Below are positions 8,003 through 15,166 of a stretch of DNA of 20,000 nucleotides, piece by piece. The notes below the pieces were generated by a model. It ran no database searches. It had not been told where the DNA came from and saw only the letters and a list, made by a program, of their open reading frames with translations. Origin of the DNA: Candidatus Ancaeobacter aquaticus (GTDB lineage: Bacteria > Auribacterota > Ancaeobacteria > Ancaeobacterales > Ancaeobacteraceae); contig JAVCCP010000056.1 of assembly GCA_030765405.1 (NCBI GenBank), positions 52,294-72,293 on the forward strand. The letters run 5' to 3'. Made by a program: the position numbers and the translations under genes. Position 1 is the stretch's first letter. Each line of letters begins with the position of its first letter.

Positions 8003-8680
8003 ATGAAAATAATTTTAATAATATGTTTTTCGGCATTGGTAATTTTCCAATTTAGCATAAATGTTTATGCAGATGCTATTGATCAGCATGCGCTAAATAA
8101 GCTTAAGGACAAGTACAAGAAAATGTTCCCGGATGCCAGTTTTGAAAATGCGAAATCTGAGGTCTTGAAGATTAGAAAGATAACTGCGAAGGAAAAATTG
8201 CAGATGAAAGAGGCAATTACGGGTTTGCGTGCTGTAATTCACAAATATCCGGAGAAAAAGGCATGGTGCGCGATGCTGCAGTGCCAAGTTGCAGACATAC
8301 ATAAGGATTTGAGCAAATATGAGCAGGCGCTGAAGGAATATCAGACGGTTTTAGATGAATATGCTGATCAGAAAAGTGCCTGTGAGAGCGCCCGAGAAGG
8401 GATGGCTGCGTGCAAGACATTGATGGAGAAAGCTGAAATATCTGGAAAAGAATCCGAAGAGAAAGCTGAAATATCCGAAGATAACGAGAAAATTTTTCCA
8501 AAGGAAGAAAAGGTTGTCTATGATGAGCCAAAACATATTATATATCTTAATAACGGCCGCGAAATTCGAGGGGATATCATCAGCGAAACAGGTGATACGA
8601 TAACCATTGGTTTTTCCGGTAACACCATAGTATTTGAGAAAACCGAAATTAAGACCATTAAAGAGATCAAAAGAGAATAG
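8003..8680 (+). CDS. Exported protein with a TPR-like helical region and a C-terminal small beta-domain
   Basis: Signal peptide MKIILIICFSALVIFQFSINVYA|D; TPR-like QCQVADIHKDLSKYEQALKEYQTVLDEY; C-terminal IIYLNNGREIRGDIISETGDTITI. Confidence 0.65.
   Translation: MKIILIICFSALVIFQFSINVYADAIDQHALNKLKDKYKKMFPDASFENAKSEVLKIRKITAKEKLQMKEAITGLRAVIHKYPEKKAWCAMLQCQVADIHKDLSKYEQALKEYQTVLDEYADQKSACESAREGMAACKTLMEKAEISGKESEEKAEISEDNEKIFPKEEKVVYDEPKHIIYLNNGREIRGDIISETGDTITIGFSGNTIVFEKTEIKTIKEIKRE
8426..8475 (+). repeat. 17-nt direct repeat with 33-nt period (EKAEIS twice) in the TPR protein linker
   Basis: GAGAAAGCTGAAATATC at 8426-8442 and 8459-8475. Confidence 0.85.
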
Positions 8681-8687
8681 TGACTAT

Positions 8688-10334
8688 ATGCACAAATTAC
8701 ATATAAAAACCGGTCCCCGAAAGAATTCTGTTTTGGAGTTGTATTCAAAGAGGGTGTCTATTGGGCGCGGAAAAGATAACATAATTATTCTTCCTGATGA
8801 GTCTGTGTCGCGGTTTCATGCCGAAATAGTCTGGAAAAAAGATGTGTTTGTCATTAAAGACCTAAAGAGTACCAATGGTGTTTTCGTAAATGGTGAAAGA
8901 GTGACCGAACAGGCGCTTGATTTGAACGATGAAATCCGGATCGGAGAAACAATTATAGAATATGTTGCCGAGCTCACCTCTCAAAAAGAGGAACATAAGA
9001 ATAAAGTTATCATGGAAACTCCTGATATTGATCTCAAATCCTATGGTGAGGAAGAAATTGAGTCTATGAGTGCGACGATATATTTCAGAGAGTATCAAAT
9101 ATTGTCCGCATTTTATAAGGTAACGAAAGCGCTTACCGCACTATCTGATTTTAGTACTATTTTAAGAGATTCTTTGGAAGTGGTACTTGCCATGATGAAA
9201 GCTGAAAATGGTTTTATATTTATCAATAATGAAAAGACCGGAGAGCTTTATCCTCGCATAGCATATAATTTGGAGAAAAAAAGTGAAATAGATTTCGCAA
9301 GATGTTCCGAGACGATAATTAATACCGTATTTCAAACAGGTAAATCTATTTTGTCGTCAGATGCGGCGCAAGATGACCGTTTTGTAGGTGCAAAAAGCAT
9401 TATATATGAGAATATTCGATCAGTTATGTGTGTTCCGCTTAGAGTACATGATAAAATACTCGGGGTATTAGAGATAGATACACGCAAAGTGGTTGGCGGT
9501 TTTACCGTTGATGATTTGGAAATATTAAGTGTTATTGCCGGCCATATTGCAGAATGTATGGAAAACGCACGCCTATATAGTGATCTCAAAAAGGCACATG
9601 ACAAATTACAGGATATTGATGATATAAAAACGAAGATGATAACATTAGTAGGGCATGAACTTGCAACGCCACTTACTATAATAGACCAATATGCGGTGCT
9701 CTTGAAAGACAAGCTGTTCGGTGATATTACCGAAAAACAGCACAAGGTATTAGAGGTAATGTGTTCGCGTGTTGCGAAATTAAAAAAGATCATTTCTGAT
9801 GTGTCAAAGGTATCGAAAAGTCCGGTAAGTTATAAAAATTTAAAATCTGCTCAAGAAGAGTTTGAAATTAACGCGTTAATATCTGAAACCGTTAGTGATT
9901 TACAGCCTTTAATAGATGGCCGTAATCAGAACTTAAGCATGAATTTGAAAGCAAAAGATATTTATGTGTTTGCAAGTAGAGAAGGAATTAATGAAGTTAT
10001 CACCAATATTGCGGTGAATGCAATAAAGTATACGCCTAATGGGGGCCACATAGACATTAAATTGATCGATGATAAGGATCGCGTAAAGGTTGAAGTGAAA
10101 GATAATGGTATCGGTATTCCTCAAAAAGAGCACGATAGAATATTTGATGGGTTTTATAATATTGAAGATGTAAAACATCATCACTCAGGCACGATTGAGT
10201 TCAAGGCCGGCGGTCTTGGCCTGGGCCTTACTATTGTAAAACATATTGTTGAATCAAATAACGGTAAAGTATGGGTTGATAGTGAAGAAGGTAAGGGCGC
10301 GGTCTTTACCTTCACCATACCAAAAATAATGTAA
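8688..10334 (+). CDS. Cytoplasmic FHA-GAF-histidine kinase
   Basis: FHA motifs IGRG, SVSRFHA, STNGVFVNG; GAF region SVMCVPLRVHDKILGVLEID; H-box GHELATP; N-box NAIKYT; DNGIGI; GLGLGL. No TM segment. Start likely ATG 8688. Confidence 0.9.
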   Translation: MHKLHIKTGPRKNSVLELYSKRVSIGRGKDNIIILPDESVSRFHAEIVWKKDVFVIKDLKSTNGVFVNGERVTEQALDLNDEIRIGETIIEYVAELTSQKEEHKNKVIMETPDIDLKSYGEEEIESMSATIYFREYQILSAFYKVTKALTALSDFSTILRDSLEVVLAMMKAENGFIFINNEKTGELYPRIAYNLEKKSEIDFARCSETIINTVFQTGKSILSSDAAQDDRFVGAKSIIYENIRSVMCVPLRVHDKILGVLEIDTRKVVGGFTVDDLEILSVIAGHIAECMENARLYSDLKKAHDKLQDIDDIKTKMITLVGHELATPLTIIDQYAVLLKDKLFGDITEKQHKVLEVMCSRVAKLKKIISDVSKVSKSPVSYKNLKSAQEEFEINALISETVSDLQPLIDGRNQNLSMNLKAKDIYVFASREGINEVITNIAVNAIKYTPNGGHIDIKLIDDKDRVKVEVKDNGIGIPQKEHDRIFDGFYNIEDVKHHHSGTIEFKAGGLGLGLTIVKHIVESNNGKVWVDSEEGKGAVFTFTIPKIM

Positions 10335-10358
10335 GAGGCACTTGCAAAGGAGATACCA

Positions 10359-11498
10359 ATGCAAACGAAAGAGCAAAAAGGCATCATCTATAAATTTATA
10401 GTCAGTTTTGTCTTTATGTCAATTATACCTCTTCTGTATGTTGGCTATTTAATAACCAACTTTATAATGCCGAATATTAATTATGATCTGTGGCTTGTTG
10501 TCGGCGTTGGGCTGGTGCTTTTTCTCGCGTTTGTCGGCGCATTTTCAGTCAGAGGTATTCTCCAGTCAGTCATTACCGTAAATGACCAGGCTAAGAAAGT
10601 GCTGGACGGTGAAAAAACGGATGAGATTAAAGAACATAAAGCAGAAGGTGAAGTAGGCGAGCTTGCCGGATCCTTAAATCAAATTATAAATAGAATAAAG
10701 TCGGAAACAAATGCCCTTGAGTTATCCCAGAATGAGCTTAATAATACCAATAAGAAACTGTTGGATAATTATGTAAAACTGCAGGAAGCAAATGAAAAGC
10801 TAAAGAAAATGGATCAGATGAAATCTGGTTTTGTTGCAAATGTTGCGCATGAACTACTTAATCCTCTGGCGACTATACGTGAGACACTCGAGATCGTTAA
10901 GACAAATCTCGACTCTCGTATAGACGATAAACAGCAACAGGTACTGGAAATCAGTAAAAGGAATATTGTAAGACTTATCCGTTTAGTAACGGACATTCTT
11001 GACATTTCTCGGATTGAGGCGGGAAAAATAAATCTGCGCGTTGATGATGTTCATATAGAAGAGATACTTGAGGAAATCTTAACGCCGCTCGATATTTTAT
11101 TTAAGAAAAAGAATATTAAATTAGTAACAGATATCCAACCGCCAAACTTCACTTTTGGTGCTGACAGAGACAAAGTAATTCAAGCTATTACCAATATGTT
11201 AGTGAATGCCGCGCATTTTACTCCGGATAATGGGAAAGTAACGCTATCAGCTTCATTAAAAGCGCGAGAGGTTCATGTGTCGGTGCAGGATTCCGGCGTT
11301 GGTATTGATGTGAGCGATCAAGAACGGATTTTTGACAAGTTTGAAAGGATAACAGAACATAAGAAAGAGGGAACAGGCCTTGGTTTATCGATTACAAAAG
11401 ATATTATCGTTCTTCATGGCGGTAAAATCTGGGTTGAAAGTGAAAGTGGAAAGGGATCAAAATTCATGTTTGTAATACCATCAAAAAGTATGAGATAG
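10359..11498 (+). CDS. Membrane histidine kinase (2 TM, HAMP, coiled coil, HisKA, HATPase)
   Basis: Two N-terminal TM helices with a very short loop; HAMP EVGELAGSLNQI; H-box AHELLNP; NAAHFT; DSGVGI; GTGLGLSI; RBS AGGAG. Confidence 0.9.
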   Translation: MQTKEQKGIIYKFIVSFVFMSIIPLLYVGYLITNFIMPNINYDLWLVVGVGLVLFLAFVGAFSVRGILQSVITVNDQAKKVLDGEKTDEIKEHKAEGEVGELAGSLNQIINRIKSETNALELSQNELNNTNKKLLDNYVKLQEANEKLKKMDQMKSGFVANVAHELLNPLATIRETLEIVKTNLDSRIDDKQQQVLEISKRNIVRLIRLVTDILDISRIEAGKINLRVDDVHIEEILEEILTPLDILFKKKNIKLVTDIQPPNFTFGADRDKVIQAITNMLVNAAHFTPDNGKVTLSASLKAREVHVSVQDSGVGIDVSDQERIFDKFERITEHKKEGTGLGLSITKDIIVLHGGKIWVESESGKGSKFMFVIPSKSMR

Positions 11499-11506
11499 GA
11501 GGAATA

Positions 11507-11917
11507 ATGACAGATGCTAATCTAGAAAACAAAAAAACCACGCATGTATTATTAATTGATGATGAGGCTGATTTCTTGTTTGCGATTGAAGCATGGATGC
11601 TTTCGAAGGGATTCAGGGTAAGTACCGCTACAGACGGTAGAAAAGGTATCGAGTTATTTAAAAAGGATAAGCCTCATATTGTTTTTGTTGATGTTCTTAT
11701 GCCCGAAATGGATGGTGTGGAGACATTAAAAGAGATCAGAAAGCTGGATGAGAAGGTCCCGGTAATATTGATTACCGCATTTGGGTTGAATAAGAGGATT
11801 GAGGAAGCGGAAAAATACGGAGTATTTGGATTTTTTCGAAAGAGTCAGGATTTTGAGCAGGCTGCCGCATTGATTTGTGACGCAATTGACGACATTGAAA
11901 AGATGAAAGGACAATAG
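11507..11917 (+). CDS. Single-domain (CheY-like) response regulator
   Basis: VLLIDDE, phospho-Asp in VFVDVLMP, ITA, FRK; no output domain; stop overlaps the pilM GTG start. Confidence 0.9.
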   Translation: MTDANLENKKTTHVLLIDDEADFLFAIEAWMLSKGFRVSTATDGRKGIELFKKDKPHIVFVDVLMPEMDGVETLKEIRKLDEKVPVILITAFGLNKRIEEAEKYGVFGFFRKSQDFEQAAALICDAIDDIEKMKGQ

Positions 11918-12933
11918 TGGGTTCCTTAGTAGCTATAGATATAGGTAGACAATTTCTAAAGATCATTCATGTCGCAAAGGAAGGCAATGCCCTTACGCTC
12001 AAAGACTACGCGATTGAAGAGATATCTGATAATGGTGTACGAGTAAGTGATGAGGTAATTACAAAGCTTATTCGTGATACCGCGGAAAAGATGCGTGTTA
12101 AGACGAGTGATGTCAGGACAACCATATCTGGGCGTTCAGTCGTTGTGAGAAATGTCGATTTTCCAAATGCAAACAAGAATGAAATTTTGCGTAAAGTAAA
12201 ACAGGAAGAGAATAAATATATACCTATAGATCTGAATGATTATTTTTATGATATAGCGCTCCTCTCTTCAACCGTTTCCTCCGATACACAATCTCTGAAA
12301 GGGATCATAGCAGCTGCAAAAAAAGATTCTATAATGAGTCACACAAAGATCATTAATGATTCAGGACTCACGACAAGTATGGTTGAAATCCCATCGTTAT
12401 CATTGGTTAATCTATATGAAGCATATATTGAGCGTAAGGGCATTGAGAATAAAATTACCGCGTGCATTGATTTCGGTGCTTTATCAACACAACTGGGGAT
12501 ACTTATTAAGAATGATTCGGTGTTTTCACGAGAAATAAATATTGGGAGCAACGCTATATCAAAAGCGATATGCGAGGCACTTTCGTGTGATTTTGCCTCA
12601 GCGGAAAAAATGAAAAAAACTGGCTCAGAAGATGTAAAGACGTACTTAGCAAAAACCGTACACAATTTGGTTGAAGAGTTGATGATGTCTTTTAATTTCT
12701 TTGAAGGTGAATCCGGGAAGAATGTCCAGAGGCTTTTCTTTGTTGGCGGAGGCGTTCTTTTAGAAGGTGTTGCTGATATGATAAGCAGTGCGCTTGAAAT
12801 ACCCTACGAGATAATTGATCCACTGTCTATATGTGCCTTGGAAAACAATGAAAATAGTGATGAAATAAATAAGATAAGTCCTTTATTTGCTTTATGCATC
12901 GGTTTGGCTGTGAGGAGTAATCCAAAAGAATAA
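11917..12933 (+). CDS. pilM: Type IV pilus alignment protein PilM (actin-like)
   Basis: VAIDIG, IDFGALST, FVGGG actin-fold motifs; first gene of the pilMNO block. Confidence 0.9.
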   Translation: MGSLVAIDIGRQFLKIIHVAKEGNALTLKDYAIEEISDNGVRVSDEVITKLIRDTAEKMRVKTSDVRTTISGRSVVVRNVDFPNANKNEILRKVKQEENKYIPIDLNDYFYDIALLSSTVSSDTQSLKGIIAAAKKDSIMSHTKIINDSGLTTSMVEIPSLSLVNLYEAYIERKGIENKITACIDFGALSTQLGILIKNDSVFSREINIGSNAISKAICEALSCDFASAEKMKKTGSEDVKTYLAKTVHNLVEELMMSFNFFEGESGKNVQRLFFVGGGVLLEGVADMISSALEIPYEIIDPLSICALENNENSDEINKISPLFALCIGLAVRSNPKE

Positions 12934-12963
12934 AGTGTTAAAAAATGTACTGGATAGAACGTT

Positions 12964-13650
12964 ATGATTGAAATAAATCTTTTGCCTGGATATTTAAGGA
13001 CACTGCCTGAAGAGCAGAAGCTAAAAGCACTGAGTACAGCACGTTTAAAAAAGATATTAATAATAGTTTTTTGTGCGCTCGTCTGTTTTTTTGGGGTTGT
13101 CTATGTAACTGTTGTGCTGATGCCCAGTGGGTATTATAACAATAAGTATTCTGCCGTACATCAACAATGGCTTGCTATAAAGGGAGAGTACGCCCCGATA
13201 AAAAAGATGCTTGATAAAGAAAAGGAATTTTATTCAAACGAAACCGCACTTAAGAAAAAAGATGCCCAAAGATACGCGTGGTCAATGATCTTAAATACTA
13301 TAAGTGATGCTACTCCGTGGAATGTGCATTTAACATCAATTAAAAGTGCATCATTTAATGAAATGGTAAGCGAATTGATTATTACAATGGTGGGAGGGAG
13401 AAAGCAGCAAACGGAACGTCGCGGAATGAAAGCGAGGAATGTTCTTATTGTTGATGGAAACTATAAATCTTTGGATAAAAATGATAAAACAATTGAGACG
13501 TTTATTGCCAATTTAAAGGCGTCTCCAAGATTTGAAAATATATTTCGAAAAGTTGACCTCATGTCGTTTGAGAGTGGTAAAAATGATTTTAAGAATTTTT
13601 CTATTCGATGTTGGTTTAGAGATAAATATTCTCGTACAGTAAAGAAATAG
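12964..13650 (+). CDS. pilN: PilN
   Basis: N-terminal INLLP motif, one TM helix, coiled coil, ISDATPWNVHLTSI core. Confidence 0.85.
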   Translation: MIEINLLPGYLRTLPEEQKLKALSTARLKKILIIVFCALVCFFGVVYVTVVLMPSGYYNNKYSAVHQQWLAIKGEYAPIKKMLDKEKEFYSNETALKKKDAQRYAWSMILNTISDATPWNVHLTSIKSASFNEMVSELIITMVGGRKQQTERRGMKARNVLIVDGNYKSLDKNDKTIETFIANLKASPRFENIFRKVDLMSFESGKNDFKNFSIRCWFRDKYSRTVKK

Positions 13651-13674
13651 TATAAAAGTATAAAAGGGATACAC

Positions 13675-14259
13675 ATGGCAAAATACTCTAAAGAACAACT
13701 TGAAAAGGGCATGCTTATAGTTATTTTTGTTTTAGCGTTCGGTGCTGGTTTCTGGTATATGCTTCTTGCTCCGGGTTTTGGGAAAATTGCTCAAACAAAA
13801 AAGAAGACAGCTGATCTTTCCCGTCAAATTGAGGATGCCGAGTTTAAGATTAAGAACAAGGATAAATTTGTTGATCGGCACGAGGTGTTTGAAAAACGGA
13901 TCAAAGAATTGGAGCGAGGTATCCCGAAAGAAGCGGACACGTCATGGATACTTCGTACAGTTGCTGAGATCGAAAACGATTTAAAATTTAAAACAGAGAA
14001 GATTGAACCATATAAAGGTGAAAAGGTTCAGGGCGCAGTCGAAGAGGCCGAGAACCCGCTCTTTACATTTCGTCATGCAAAAATAAAATTAAAAGCTGGC
14101 TATCATGAAGCCGGAAAATTCATAAATACGCTTGAGAAGAAGACAAAATTCTTAGAAATAAAAAATGTATCAATAGGGTATAATCCCAAAACACCGTATC
14201 AGCACAATGTTGAGATTAAAGTAAAATATCTTGTTTTAAAAAAGCCGCTTCTTGAATAG
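13675..14259 (+). CDS. pilO: PilO
   Basis: N-terminal TM, coiled coil, GIP core, GYHEAGKFINTLE motif; follows pilN. Confidence 0.85.
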   Translation: MAKYSKEQLEKGMLIVIFVLAFGAGFWYMLLAPGFGKIAQTKKKTADLSRQIEDAEFKIKNKDKFVDRHEVFEKRIKELERGIPKEADTSWILRTVAEIENDLKFKTEKIEPYKGEKVQGAVEEAENPLFTFRHAKIKLKAGYHEAGKFINTLEKKTKFLEIKNVSIGYNPKTPYQHNVEIKVKYLVLKKPLLE

Positions 14260-14369
14260 TCTTCGACTATCTTATTATCTCGCTTCACTTATCCAATGTA
14301 CGTACGAGTTTACACAGAGCAGGGTTACAGCATTCCGACACACACTGATCGGTGAAATTTCCACTCTCG

Positions 14370-14390
14370 AAATCTCTACGAGATTTTTTT
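14370..14390 (+). terminator. Weak candidate terminator after pilO
   Basis: AAATCTC-TAC-GAGATTT followed by TTTT. Confidence 0.35.
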
Positions 14391-14468
14391 GCTCGCATTA
14401 ATTGTTCCCATCCCCCCTAGATTTTCTCGGGCTTCGTCCCAAAATCGTCCTCACCAGGAGACTTTCCC

Positions 14469-14520
14469 TTGACAATATATCTTTAATAACGTTTAATAAG
14501 GTTTAATAATTAATGATAAC
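14469..14520 (+). promoter_or_regulatory. sigma70-type promoter overlapped by 10-bp-phased direct repeats
   Basis: TTGACA at 14469-14474; TTTAAT 17 nt later; repeats CTTTAATAAC, GTTTAATAAG, GTTTAATAAT (14481-14510) and degenerate TAATGATAAC (14511-14520). Confidence 0.65.
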
Positions 14521-14537
14521 CATGCATAAGAAAGACT

Positions 14538-14756
14538 ATGAAGACATATTATAAAGTTAGTGATGTATTAAAACAAATCGGTATAGCACGAAGCACCCTT
14601 TATAATTGGGAAAAAGCGGGTCTTATCCCGCAACCGAAACGGAATCGTGCCGGTTATCGTGTGTATACAGAAGGTGATATTAAAAAGATTGCTAAGTATG
14701 CTTTTAAGATTGAGTATCCGCAGGAACAGTTAAAATTATTTAAGAATACACATTGA
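14538..14756 (+). CDS. Stand-alone MerR-type/Xis-like winged HTH DNA-binding protein (72 aa)
   Basis: YKVSDVLKQIGIARSTLYNWEKAGLIPQPKRNRAGYRVYTEGDI is a MerR N-terminal domain; no dimerisation helix or effector domain. Confidence 0.9.
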   Translation: MKTYYKVSDVLKQIGIARSTLYNWEKAGLIPQPKRNRAGYRVYTEGDIKKIAKYAFKIEYPQEQLKLFKNTH

Positions 14757-14763
14757 GGAATGT

Positions 14764-15141
14764 ATGAGGAATCGAACTATAATTATTATTTCTTTAGTAT
14801 TGATGGCAGTAAGTGTATGTCTTTTTGGTATAGCAGTAGGTAAAGATGCTAAGAAGAGCGATACAAAAGCGCCATCTAAAGATTTTTCGTATGATAGCAA
14901 GAACATGAGAGATCCTTTTACTCCCCTAGGGAAGGGAAGAGGCGGAATATATACCGTACGTAATTTAAAGATTGAAGGAATCATCAGTGATAACGGTGAA
15001 ACGCTGGCAGTGCTTTCAGGTAAAGTTGTCCGTGTTGGCGACAGTATATTTGATGCAAAGGTAGTGTCTATAAATGATAATAAAGTAGAGCTTATCTATA
15101 AAGGCGAGTCAGTAATATTAAAGATGCAAAAATATAAATAA
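14764..15141 (+). CDS. pilP: PilP-like (GspC-HR-like) protein
   Basis: N-terminal hydrophobic anchor, RDPF motif, LKIEGII...AVLSGKVVRVGD beta-domain; directly before the secretin. No canonical lipobox. Confidence 0.8.
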   Translation: MRNRTIIIISLVLMAVSVCLFGIAVGKDAKKSDTKAPSKDFSYDSKNMRDPFTPLGKGRGGIYTVRNLKIEGIISDNGETLAVLSGKVVRVGDSIFDAKVVSINDNKVELIYKGESVILKMQKYK

Positions 15142-15166
15142 AGCTCCATACAAAATGAGGAAAATA

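Noticed and set aside
10336..10347. GGCAC-TTGC as a second sigma54 promoter
   Set aside because: GG-to-GC spacing is far too short for a -24/-12 promoter.
14296..14355. Short plus-strand ORF MYVRVYTEQG... echoing RVYTEG of the MerR protein
   Set aside because: Only five residues match, DNA similarity is low and there is no RBS; probably chance.
14425..14460. Hammerhead-like core on the minus strand (CTGGTGAG...GAAG)
   Set aside because: Both conserved core elements deviate (CUGANGA and GAAA are absent) and the stems do not form.
14481..14520. CRISPR array or VNTR interpretation of the TTTAATAA repeats
   Set aside because: Units are 10 bp with no spacers and no cas genes; promoter overlap fits protein-binding sites better. 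No CRISPR array was seen anywhere in the window.
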